A stretch of 64,000 nucleotides of DNA from the human T2T-CHM13v2.0 reference genome, Homo sapiens: NCBI RefSeq assembly GCF_009914755.1, contig NC_060933.1. One strand, 5' to 3'. Positions 1-14,053 of this stretch are shown piece after piece. How positions within the stretch are numbered: position 1 is the first letter of the stretch; every line of letters begins with the position of its first letter. The position numbers were made by a program, and so were the translations under genes. The notes beneath the pieces are model-generated. The model did not search any database and was not told the origin of the DNA. It worked only from the letters and a program-made list of their open reading frames with translations.

Positions 1-123
1 TCGACACAGCTGACTTAAAAGTGACACTGTCTTTGTATGTTTCATCTTTTAGAATACAGAAGACCAGAAGATAACAATGGCTCAAGGAAAAGTTACATTT
101 TACTTGATCCTATTCAATAATAG

Positions 124-510
<387 letters not shown>

Positions 511-769
511 TAAAGCCCAAGAGAAATTCAAGGTAGAATTATTGACAATGGTCCTGGGGTTGGACACTCTCTTCTACTAGTTCCTGCTTCTACTTAATGA
601 CCTTTCCTTTTTCATCACTTTGCTGGCATAGCTCTACCCTCTGCCCCCTAAATGAGGCAGGTGGCAAGGCCAGTATCTTCCTTTTGACTCTGTGTGCTCT
701 TCCTTGGCAAGACCCCGCGTCCTTGGTTCTTCAGCTATCTTCTCTAGACAGACTTCTCCCTAAACCATC

Positions 770-1390
770 CTTCTGGCCTGACATGTCTCCTGATCTCCAA
801 ACTTAATTTCCAAATGCCTGCGGGATATTTTTAGATGGATTTCTTTCAACACCTTCAAATCAAGATAAACAAAACAAAGCTCACCATCATAAAACCTTCT
901 AGCTTCCTTATTTCTGTTACATAAACTTCACAAAAGTTTATGATATGCACTCCTCTCTGTTGTCATCCACGTGCCCAGTTAGTGAAAGTGCTGTTCTATT
1001 CTGCCTCTGATGTCACTCACAGCTGTTTCCGTCACTGTCCTTCGGCTCTGAACCTCTCATCTGGACTATGGTATGGCAATTGCATTATTGTTGGTTTTCT
1101 CCAATCCCTCTCTCTTGGAATCATTCTATGTGCATTTTTTCAGAATAGTATTCTTAAGACTTACATTTTATCAGGCCACTCAACTAAAAAACTTAAAAAG
1201 TTTTCAATTTGTAACCATTCTGAGTCAACACTGTAGCTCCCTTTACTTTTCTTCCAAACTATCACCCCGCTAAGTTTCTACGATCCCTTATAATCTTACC
1301 CAAAGTGAATAATAATCACTCTCTCTCATACACACACTGACTTGTCATCAGTCCTATCAATCCTCCAATTCAGGATGAGTTTCAATTTTA
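770..1390 (+). mobile_element. L2 LINE internal fragment (old, diverged)
   Basis: CTCCAAACTTAATTTCCAAATGCCTG...CACCTTCAAATCAAGATAAACAAAACAAAGCTC resembles recalled L2 consensus; boundaries approximate. Confidence 0.5.
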
Positions 1391-1917
1391 TCAACTTCAG
1401 AGAAATTTGAGAAAGTTATTTCATCACTGAATCTCCAGGGTGACTGATTTTGCTTCAGCTAGCCATAACAGCTGCATTCCGATGGAAAGCTGGATCCTGT
1501 TTGAAGCGGACTCAGGATAGAACCGCTGTGTTTGTGCTAATAGTTTTTCCGGGTGTTTCCCCAAGAGGACAGGTCGGGGGAACAGGGAATATGCACGTGG
1601 AAGCACATGTAGAAACATCTGCTCGTAGATGCCATCTGTTTACTCAGGGTGCCCGCAAGTTTACGCTTCCCAAGCCTTAAGTACTTGTGCAGTGACTGCT
1701 GTTTCACGTGCTGTTTCTTGTCACCACGAAGTAACAACAACAACAAACGACGATGACGGTAATGATAGTGCTGATGCTGCTTTGATATGATGATGGCCCA
1801 GCACATCTGCATAATTCTCTACAATTCGTAAATACGAGGAGTGACTGGCAGAAAGAAAAAATTAAATATGGGCAAAAGGAGGGCAGGGACACTCTAAAAT
1901 TAAAAATGACAAAACTA

Positions 1918-2099
1918 GGTTGGGCATGGTGGCTCACAACTGTAATCCCAACTACTCAGGAAGGGGGACTGAGGCAGGAGAAATGCTTGAACCCAGGAGG
2001 CAGAGGTTGCAGTGAGCCAAGATCGCACCACTGCACTCCAGCTTGGGCGACAGAGCAAGACTGTCTCAAAATAAAAAAAGTTAAAAAAAAAAAAAAAAA
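1918..2099 (+). mobile_element. Monomer-length Alu (left-arm start joined to an AluS-type right arm)
   Basis: GGTTGGGCATGGTGGCTCAC..TGTAATCCCA runs directly into right-arm ACTACTCAGG..GAGGCAGGAG; poly-A; AAAACTA on both sides. Confidence 0.85.
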
Positions 2100-2406
2100 C
2101 TAATGGGAAGAAGATCCTAATCCCCATTGCAAGATTGGGGCCAGGAGCTACACCCCACTCCTCTAGGACCTAATTCCAAGTTAATGATGAAGCTTAAGAG
2201 GGAATCTAGGTGCAATCCACATCCATTTCTGTGGAAGAGTCTAGATTCCATGGTAGAAGTTCTAAGGTGTCAAGTTTCTAGTCTCAATTTTAGGCCTTTT
2301 ATAACATTATTTCTCCATCCTGTGATGCCTTCAGGGAATAGGATAGTTTGCCTACTCCTAAAATCCCTTAGCTCACTCAGTCCCCCACAGCAATGAACTC
2401 CAGCTT

Positions 2407-2424
2407 TGTGTGTGTGTGTGTGTA

Positions 2425-2449
<25 letters not shown>
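2407..2449. repeat. (TG)n microsatellite, ~21 units with one interruption
   Basis: Read directly from sequence. Confidence 0.97.
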
Positions 2450-2455
<6 letters not shown>

Positions 2456-3459
2456 GCTGGACTGTTTCTTTGGGGAAGGAAGCCAGCTTTTCAAGTGGAT
2501 GACAGAATAATTCAACGCAGTGTCTTGCAGTCTCTTGGGGCACTAGTCATGGGGTGGAGCAGAGGATGCCATGGGTACCCCGACATCTGCTTGTCAGCTT
2601 CACCTGTGCGGATTTTATCACATCAGAGACAATGATCAGGTCCCAGTGGCTGGGACTGGAGTTGTACTGAACATAGATGCCTTTATTATTATTCTCATTG
2701 ACTTGCAACTTCACGTATTTGTCTACTACATCTTCTGATCTGCAGCCCAGACACCTGATCTTAAGAGATGCCGACTAATATTTTTCCATCCCTGAAAATC
2801 ATACAATTCCTTAAACACTGAGAAAAATGCTGTGGAATTTTTTTTTACCAAACCTTTTTTTATCCTAAATCAGGGTGTCCCAAGTAAACAAATAAACAAA
2901 AATAAGATTTGGTAAAATAGCTTTTATTGCAGCATCTGAAAACCCGGAACATCTGGACAACAGAATTGTCTGCACAATTTTAGAAATAGCTCATGTTGAA
3001 AATCACACCAGCATGTGTCAGGTATGAAGACATGTGACACGCGATGTTAGTATCATAGGCCTGACTGCAAATTGACCACTGGATGATGCTGTGACAGCCT
3101 AAGCAACTTAGTTAGAAGGTGTGATGTGGATAAAGCAAGCAAACAGCCACAGAACAGACTCCGCAAAGGAACCGGGCATGACGTGAAAACCTCATCACTT
3201 TCATAGACGACATTTATGACTGAGTCAGAGACATGAGAATTTGAAAGAGAGTTCCAAAAAGTAAGAAAGGGCAAGCGCAAGTGGATAACACCGCAGGCTC
3301 CCCTTCAGAGCACTGTTGAATCAACCTCACTTTCCGTTCTGCGGAAGCTGTTGTAACAAATGCTTGTAGGAGATTTTTGTTCTACCTCTACCTGCAGCTT
3401 AACGAGGAGCTCCTAAAGGGTAAACATTACACAGACATATGTAGAAAGATGTTTTGTAA

Positions 3460-3797
<338 letters not shown>

Positions 3798-4282
3798 TAA
3801 GTTTTAAGGAAAAGAGTGTGCATTGCAAATTCATTTTCAAACTATCTGAACTGATAAGAAAAATTAACCCACTCAGCTCTTTAACCTAATGTGTTTTTTT
3901 CCATTTTCTGGTAAACTCGATGCTTTAAATTACTAAAAAATAATAACAAACACTTTATATCTGCAGTATACATTTATATCAAATACAATATTTTCTGAAA
4001 CTGATATTCTCTTGAAACCAAGGCATTCCCTTACATCTCACATTTGGTACCAGAAGACATTATCACAAAACATATGTGTCTTTTGAGTCACTCTGCTGTT
4101 CTTGGAGTAAACATATTCAGAGACAGATATCTGAGTCAGGTCCCAGATATTGCATTATTTTTTATTGTAGAAACAGTAATTCCTCCACTCTGCTGCTTGT
4201 TGGAATAAAGTTGCTAATGGGTTTGTGCCCACAAACTCCCACATTTGAAAGAGAGCTTATAATTCTAAGAAATGTAGATTCC

Positions 4283-4701
<419 letters not shown>

Positions 4702-4974
4702 TCATTAAGAAATTAGAGCAGTGACAACTTCCCAGATTCTGGCAGGTATAGCAGACACTCAACCAACTTTTTGTTTTATTAATTTTTTTTAAATAACATA
4801 CCTTCTGGACAAGGAAAATTCTCAGGCTGGGCACTTGCCAATGCAGATTCAGCCGTGAGAGACTTGTCACTATGTATTAGTGGCTTGCCTTCTGCATTCC
4901 TGGAAGTAAATGTAAGGTATTTGCTTATTTTCTGTGTAACTTCTTATGCCAAGGGAAAAGTCCCAGAAAAAATA

Positions 4975-5281
4975 GTCATGATGGACCTCGAAAACATTCT
5001 GCTAAGTGAAACAGGCCAGATGAGAAAAACCGCATATTGCAAGATTCCGCTTGTGTAAAATGTCTGGAACAGGCAGATTATATATAAAGACAGAGAGTGC
5101 ATTTGCCTAGATCTGGGGAGGGAACAGGGATTTACTGCAAGTGGGCCCAAGGGATCCCTCTGGGGTGATGGAAACATTTTAAAACTGGATTGTGGTGACG
5201 GTTGAACAACTCTATAAATTTAGTAAAAAGTAGTTGAATTATACACTTAAAACAGATGAATTTTACAGTATGTAAAAAATA
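4975..5281 (+). mobile_element. L1MB/L1ME-type 3' end fragment
   Basis: ATGGACCTCGAAAACATTCTGCTAAGTGAAA...GGTGATGGAAACATTTTAAAACTGGATTGTGGTGACGGTTG...TATACACTTAAAA, typical of an old L1M 3'UTR. Confidence 0.8.
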
Positions 5282-7320
5282 GAATAGGTATCTAACAATG
5301 TAATTATCACCTTCTAACATATGGAATATACTATGTTCAAAAGAAAGCAGTAAGTCACCCTCTAATTGCACACCTGAACACAAAGAAAATTCAAAGAATT
5401 TGCTTCATTTTATATTTCAGTAAAAGCTCATGTCATGCTTCAACTATACAATAACTTCTCCTTCAGCCTACAGTGTACTCAATTATATTTTAATCTATGA
5501 TTATAAGCAAAGCCTGCATTCTAAGCTTTATTGGGATTCCTAGGGAAATTCCAAGCAAATTTATTGGAATTACCCATTTTAAGCATTACCCAAGAATTAC
5601 ATGCTTTTAATATTTTTATGTCATCATTCACTTTTTATCCTGATATAATTTCAAACTTACTGAAAGTTTTCAAGAATAGTTCAAAGAATTCCATATACCA
5701 TAGCCAGAATCGCCAGTTGCTACACTTGCCACATATTCTTTGCCATTCTTTCTCTGTAGATATTCTTAAATCTTTTTTCTTTTTCACATACAAACAGATT
5801 GCATGTGCACAAGAAAAATAACACAATTGAGATACACGTAATAGCCCCCACACTCTTACTCCCTAGAGAAAGTCATTATGAAAAATTTCTGGAATATTCT
5901 TCATAGTTTTTAGAGAAGAAAATGAAATAATCTATGTTTAAAGTGCTTTGCAGATTGTAGGGTACGTGTAATATGAGTTACTATCAAAGTCAATGCAGTC
6001 AATTCTAGTTTCCTCTTGCAGTTGAACTGGCAATGACCTGGCACACTGTATCCCATTTCGTGTGTGGAGTGACGTCTTGGAAGGCAATGTGGAGCTTGGG
6101 GTGGCCAGCAGCTGAATTAACTGATTATTGGACTGAATGAAATTGCCGAACTGAAAGTCCTAGCAAAAACAGAAGAAATGACTAACAAAGCAATGATCAC
6201 ACACTCCTAGTATATGCATCATACGACATTCGGAGAAAGACAGAGCCACTTGTACTTCACAGATCCATACAAGGGAAATGGAACAACATTGCTCAGTGTG
6301 CTCTGTAATTATTTTTCCTGGCCATCCATTTCTAAGCCATTGGCCTCCCATCAATGATCATTGTGTACTTGGAATCACAACAGACAGCATGGCTGATGCC
6401 AACGCTAATCTGAGTCAGTTCATAGAAAGGACCCTGACCGTAGCCCTGCTGACAATGGAAAGAGAGAAGTGAAAAATAACAGAGAATGAAAAGGAGCCAC
6501 ATTAACAAAGGACATGTTAAAACAACAGCCACCTCAAGAAGTGCCCCCACTTCCATGTTTACAGTGTGCTTTCTGCCTGAAGCCACCCCAGCCTAAAGTT
6601 TCTCACAGCGAACCCCCCTAGCTTTATGGAACCTCACAGATCCTGTGCAGACACTCAGTGGGTGTGTAGACTACAGTGCAGTGGCTATAAACACAAACAG
6701 TTTCTTAACTTCCTGGGAAGTGACTTTAGACAGCTCTTCCCAAAGGACAGAGGCTTCCAAAGCCTTAGGGAAACCTTGTTCACAGAAGGAGTAGGGTCAT
6801 TTAAGTGAGTAAATGTGTGTACACCTCTGTGTACACCCAGTGTATTTGCAGGTCTGTGATTTGATGAGTGTCTAAACCATGGCTATCAGGGAAATTATCT
6901 ACACAATCTCAGCATTGGCCTCAGTCCCTGGAGTCATGCCCAGCAGGCATCCGAATGGTTGAAGGAACTGAGCGGACAACATCCTAGGCCAGATCAACAT
7001 TTGGTACAGTCAAGGAAAGATAATAGATAATCTGATATTCCTAGACACAACTAGACTCAAAAACAAACCTCCTCTCAAGTCTGCTTCAATCCTTGTTCCA
7101 GTGTATTAAAGAGGCTGTCTGCTGATCACGGTAGTATCTCAGCGCTAAGTCGGCCATGCAGGCTGGGCCAGCACTGGACCTAGGTCATCCTCTCACCTGA
7201 CCTCTGTGGTTACACCAGAGCAGCATTTTATGTCCATTGGGTCTTTGCTGAGTTTGAGAATGGTTTCGAATAAGTGCATTCGAACAGTTGTTCTCTTATT
7301 TCTCCCAATTCTAGTCAATC

Positions 7321-7530
7321 TAGTGTGATGGTTAAGAGCAGAGACTGTAGAGACAAAATGCCCAGAGTTACCTCCAAGCAATGAACTTCCTCCTGTAAAA
7401 CAAGGGTCCCAATACTATCCACCTCATGAGACAGAGGGTTAAAAGGACTAATACACGTAAAGTGTTTAGAACTACTTCTGGTATGTGGTAAGTGTTCTTT
7501 AAATAGTAGCTAGCATTGTCATTATTATTA
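7321..7530 (+). mobile_element. MIR
   Basis: GTGATGGTTAAGAGCAGAGACT...CTGTAAAA...GTAAAGTGTTTAGAAC...GTAAGTG...ATTATTATT. Confidence 0.7.
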
Positions 7531-7826
7531 ATACCAGTATTATGTTATTTATACATAACTGTATGTATATTTAAAGCTCCTTTACTTTTCTAGATAAAAT
7601 GAAATTAGGAAAATACATCTAATGCAATGGAAAAGAGAGCACATGGAAATAGAACGGCAATGGAAAAAGGGGTATGTGTTGTCCCCACGTCCACTCATGC
7701 CTTCTCTGCTCCCCACATGTCACCTAAAGTGCTGTTTGAAAATTGTCAATCTGATCATCTCTTTCCTCTGATTTAGAAATAAAAGGTTTCCTATCACTCT
7801 TGGGTAAGGTTCAAAATAAACATGGA

Positions 7827-8121
7827 GCCCGGGTGCAGTGGCTCATGCCTGTAATCCCAGCACTTTGGGAAGCTGAGGCGGGTGGATCACCTGAGGTCAG
7901 GAGGTCGAAACCAGCCTGGCCTCCGTGGCGAAACTTCTTCTCTACTAAAAATACAAAAATTAGCCTGGTGGGGTGGCGGGCACCTGTAATCTCAGCTACT
8001 TAGGAGGCTGAGGCAGGTGAATCGCTTAAACCCAGGAGGCGGAAGTTGCAGTGAGCCAAGATCACACCACTGCACTCCAGCCTGGGCGACAGAGCAAGAC
8101 TCCTTCTCAAAAAAAAAAAAA
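7827..8121 (+). mobile_element. AluSx-like, full length with TSD
   Basis: Alu body; TSD AAAATAAACATGGA on both sides. Confidence 0.95.
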
Positions 8122-8441
8122 TGAAAATAAACATGGACCACAAGACCCTGCCTGATATGGCCTTGCCACTGTTTCCGTTTATCTTGTGCCTCTCTTCCCT
8201 TTATCTCTCCCACTTCAACCTTATATTGTGCACATACACATGGCTATGCCCTAGGTTCTCAGATCTTTTAAGTTCGTTCTCCTCTCAGTCAAGAGCCCTC
8301 TATTCTTCCCACCTCTGCTCCCCTTGCTTCCTCAGACTCAACCTGTTACGTCACACAGAGACCTTTCCTGGTGCTCCAGGCAAGTTCAGGCCCTTGCAGT
8401 CCTTCATAATACTGCAAAAATTGAAATTATTTGCCAAATAT

Positions 8442-8522
8442 ATCTTGGCTCACTGCAACCTCCACCTCCCGGGCTTACAATCCTCCCACCTCAGCCTCCT
8501 GAGTAGCTGGGACCACCAGCAT
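8442..8522 (-). mobile_element. Alu right-arm fragment
   Basis: ATCTTGGCTCACTGCAACCTCCACCTCCCGGG...CTCAGCCTCCTGAGTAGCTGGGAC. Confidence 0.85.
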
Positions 8523-8806
8523 TAAGTATTTTAATGTACATAATTAAGACCATACTATTTAAAATTTAATCTTTGTCAAAGCACAGTGACTCTTTGCTAA
8601 TATTTCTTGCCCTCAGATCTGTTTAGATTCATGTTAATACGGCCATTCCAGATTGTTTTTTTGTTTTGTTCTGTTTTATTTGTTTTTTTGGTTGCTATTC
8701 ATCTGTAACTAATTTTTTTCTTCATCTTATGACTCTCTGTGTGCTTTTGTTACAGGTGGAACTTTTATAAAAGATATAGAAGTTACTTTTTAAAAATACT
8801 TCTAGT

Positions 8807-9040
<234 letters not shown>

Positions 9041-9126
9041 AAATACTTCCAGTGATCTTTCTGTTTTAAATGGAGAGTTTAATACGTTTACATTCAATAT
9101 GATTTCTGACATGTTTGGCTTTATTG

Positions 9127-9470
9127 TGTGGTAGATTGGATTCACCAAAAATTCTGTTTTCCATCCTTGAAGGAAGATTCTCTGAAGGAGAGAATACCTC
9201 ACCCACCTGAAGCAGTGCCATGTAACTTGCCAGTGGAAAGTGGGAGAAGTGAGGTGGCAGGTGCAATGCTTTGCCTCATTTCCTTTTCCTCTGCCACAAA
9301 AACTGACAATGTCGGGACAGAGGCTGCTCTGGGAGCCTGGGACCAAACTGAACCCACAGTATGGACATGAAGAATGAGCAAGAAATAAATATTTGTTATT
9401 AGGACCTGGTCCCAGTGAGATATATAGTGGTGGTTTACGGCCCCAGTACAACCTAGCCCCTGACTAAGAC
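9127..9470 (+). mobile_element. MLT1 (MLT1I/J-like) MaLR LTR
   Basis: Starts TGTGG; ...GAATGAGCAAGAAATAAAT...; ends CCTAGCCCCTGACTAAGACA. Confidence 0.65.
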
Positions 9471-9479
9471 ACATTTCTG

Positions 9480-10615
9480 TAATCATATTTTGAAGATTGT
9501 TATTTCTATAACATTTATTTTATTTTTCTTTTTTAAAGTGATTTTTTGATAGCTGTTTTGTTTCTATTATTATCATTGCCTGCCTTGCCTTCCTTGAGGT
9601 TTTTTTAGATTGTTTTTCTCCTTATCTCCTTGTTCTCTTGCACTAATATATAAATTATACACTTTGCTGTTATACTTTCAGTGACTGCTCTAGAAATTTT
9701 AACATGAATGTTTGACTTCACAAAATCTAAGTTTATTAACATCTCAGTCATACAAGAAATTTAGTATGCTCTCATTACAATCCCTCTGCTCCTAATTTAT
9801 ATAGAATTATTGTTCTACAATTTAGTGCCATCTTGAACTGTTAATCCACAAATTAGACATTATTATCACTGTTTTAGCCAGTGATTATTTAGTTTTATCC
9901 AGACATTGAACATTTTGCTTTCTGCTCAGCATTTCTTCTTGCATTTCCTACCTCTTTTCTGTTCCTAGTATATTGAGAGATTTAAATCATAAATGGATAT
10001 TGAAGTTTGTTAAATGTTTTTGTCCTTCATTAATTGATATAATCATTGAATTTTGTCCTTTATACTGTTACTATGGTAGATTTTATTAATTTTCAAGTAT
10101 TGAACTAGCCTTGCATTTCTGGCATAAACCCCACTTGGTTGTGATGCTTTATTCTGTTTATATATTGCTAAATTTGATTCACTAATAGTTTGTTAAGTGG
10201 CTAAGTGGTTTTGCATTCATATTCCATAAAGATATTGGCCTGTGGTTTTCTTTCTCAGTACTGTCTTTGTCTACTTTTGGCATTAAAGTAAGCCCGGCAC
10301 CATAAAATGAATTGGAATGTATTCCCTCTTCTTCTATTTTCTGGAAGAAATTAGAAAATTTGTGTCACTTCTTTAATGTTTGGAAGAAACCAACAGTGAA
10401 CCCATCTGGTCCTGAAAATTTATGTTTTAGAAGGTTTTGAGCTATGAATTCACTTTATTTAATAGTTACAGATTATCTATTTTATCTTAAGTGAGTTTTG
10501 GTGCTTTGTGGTTTGCGAAGACTTGGTTCATTTCATCTACATTACTTGTAACTGTAGTGTTCTTTGTTGTATTCCCTTATCATCCTTTTAATTTTCCATG
10601 GATTCATAGAAATTT
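9480..10615 (-). mobile_element. Old L1M fragments, including ORF2-derived antisense sequence at ~9985-10610
   Basis: T-rich; ATCATAAATGGATATTGAA..., CCTTGCATTTCTGGCATAAACCCCACTTGGTTGTGATG, GATATTGGCCTGTGGTTTTC, CAGTGAACCCATCTGGTCCTG match antisense L1 ORF2. Confidence 0.8.
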
Positions 10616-11260
10616 TAAAATGTAATTATTTTCCATTTTACCTAACACCAAAACAGGAAGTTTCCCTAACATCTCCCTCTGCTGGGCCAGGATTCTTTTT
10701 TTTCTAGTTATCACATAAAAGAGTGACCTTTTAGTGTTTTCTGACTGAAAAAGAGTCTCATCTTTTCTTTTTTGCCTGGTTCCTGAGCATATGACCCATT
10801 AAAACCCAGGCCAGAGGTCACCTATGACTGAGAAATATACCCAGAGAAAATACAAGCTAACCTATCCTATGGTTCATATATTCCTTTGGTTTCTAGTCTC
10901 CAAGGAATTTTCTGATTTTCTTGGCAGTTCAGTCCTCCATTAAAAAAGAGATTTTTGGTTTTGTTTGTTATAATACATTATCCAACACTCAAAAGTATGT
11001 TGTTCTAGAATTTCTCCAAAATATTAGTCTACCATATCTCTAGGAGCAATGATGAGACAGCAATTTATTGACTGAATTGGAAAAAAAAAGTTTTAAATGT
11101 GATTGAGGAAAACCTAGACAATAATGTGGTGAGGACTACAGCTTGGCTGTGTGTCTTGAAATGTTTAAAACCACATGTCTTATGACGCAGCAACTCCATT
11201 TCTCAGTATCTGTCCCAGGATAACTCCTGCAGACATGAACAAGAATGCTTATGACAGCCG

Positions 11261-11485
11261 AGTGTGTAATAATGAAATTTAGAAAACACTAAAATGTTTA
11301 TCACTGTGTGTAATGAAATTTTAGAGTGTGTAATAATGAAATTAGTGTGTAATAATGAAATTTATTTCATTATTAACTGTGTGTGTAATAATGAAATTTA
11401 GTGTGTAATAATGAAACTTAGAAAACACTAAAATGTTTATCATTGTGTATAATAATGAAATTAGGAAAACATTAAAATGTTTAAC
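11261..11485. repeat. Composite minisatellite inside an L1M fragment: unit A (GTGTGTAATAATGAAATTT) x7, unit B (AGAAAACACTAAAATGTTTATCA) x3, one inverted A
   Basis: Read directly from sequence. Confidence 0.9.
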
Positions 11486-12342
11486 AGTGGGAAAGATTAA
11501 ATAAATTAAGGGACATATTTATTCTGGAATATTCCAAGCATACTGATATGGATGGCTCTTAAGAGTTCTTACATTAACAGAGTCAGTGCAAGTAAGTGCT
11601 TAGCAAAGACTATGTGTTCAATAAATGTAGCAACTGTTATTTTTTCAGGTGTTCCCTGTATTCCCTATCTTTCTGACTTACCGAAGTGGAATTGGGTTTA
11701 TATCAAATGGCATCCACTGAGTCAACCTCTCTCTCTCTCTATCTCTCTCTCATTCAAAAGAACCATCTGTCAAGGAAGTATGGAATACAAAATGTAACAC
11801 ATTTCATGCTCTATTTTATTTGTTCCCTTCATTCACTAATCAGTTAGAAAAACATATGATCTTTGACTTTGGGATAAAATTAAAATAGATAAATAAATGT
11901 AGATAAATATATTTCCAACTAATACACCAATTGAGTCAAGTGCCTGGGCCGCATCTAACACCTTTCTGTTAAAAATGTCTCCCTTTTGACATTTAGCTAA
12001 GCAACAAAATTCCCACAAACTTGATTGGATTAATTGACAGTTCCTGGTAAATAAGTAATTAAGACATTTTCTTTCCTTTCTACAGAACCCATCTTTGGAA
12101 CTCATATAAGCTTACTTTGATCAAAGCAAGGGCTGTAAAGGATTAGGGAGGAAGCAGCATTGAACTTTAGTTCACACATGAGTGCAAAGGCAAGATCTCC
12201 TGATTAAAACTCCTCACAGGGGAAATCATTAATTCCCTGAACACCAAGTGTCTTCACTTTGTTAGAACTTGGAATTGCAGCAGATTGAAGTAGGGCTCAT
12301 AGAGGTCTTACTTTAAGTAGAGTATTAGTGTTAAGATTTCAG

Positions 12343-12378
12343 GTCCTAGTAAACACTATTGTCCTAGTAAACACTATT
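12343..12378. repeat. Perfect 18-bp tandem duplication
   Basis: GTCCTAGTAAACACTATT x2. Confidence 0.95.
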
Positions 12379-13389
12379 GCATAGGGCTATTTTATCATAG
12401 GAAATGAACATTTAATATGTTCATGATTCCTATAATACCTTCTAATATCTTAGTTGGTAGTATCTGTAATTGTACATTCCAAACAAATACCACATTATTC
12501 TTCATTCATTATCTCTATCAAATGTATTAGATGGAATCCTCATCTTCCAGAATAACTGGGAGAAATTTTACCTATTAACAATCATGACCAAAAAAAGGGA
12601 TAGAAGTGTTTATGTTGCTTAAACTCAAAGACCAGCTTGCTCATAATGATGTCCACCCTTAGAAGAAGTTACCTGGAGGAGCTAAGTTTTCCACGGTCCT
12701 CCCAAATCCTCAAACAGAGAAAATCAAGTCTGTCAAGTTTCTAACATTCTTCCAGTATCAGAAAAGATAATCCACCAGAATCAATCAGCCCAATCAAAAC
12801 AGCCTGATCCGGCACTGTCTGAGGTATAGGGAAGTAGACCACATCACTTGTGCAATCATGTATCTTAAAATAGAAATGTAAACCCTAAAGGGCTAGGACA
12901 CAGACGCGTTCAAAGGGCATGGCTCAGATAGTAAACAAAATTCAGAGACAGTAGGAGCAGTGCAAGCTGAAGTGATGTGACTTGACAAGATCTTACTGAG
13001 AAAGTGGGTTATCAGTAGGCTTTGAAGGATAAACAGGAGGTAGACAAGCCTGGGAGGGAGACACCCACGACCTTTTAAATGGTTCCCTTCTCTCTAGCCT
13101 TGCTCCCTAATCTATACTGCATAACACAGCCTCGCTAGCTGTAGCAGACAGGTGTGACTCCACAATGTCCACCACTTCCATTCCCTGTTGAGGAAATTTC
13201 TCTGAGCTCAAGAGTAGCACTGACTGAGACCCAGTTCTTTAAAACAAACCCTAAGAAGGTATTCCTTAATCTTAAAAGAAAATCGAGAAGCCAAGATTTC
13301 TCTCCTGTTGGGCAAATAAGTTGGTATAGAGCATGTTAATAAAATGAAGGAAACTAGCCTTAGGATAATGCCAAAACAATGATTGCTTC

Positions 13390-14053
<664 letters not shown>

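Noticed and set aside
11261-11485. Superficially CRISPR-like repeat/spacer pattern
   Set aside because: The 'spacers' are themselves repeated or absent, spacing is irregular, the units derive from L1, there are no cas genes, and the context is a primate genome.
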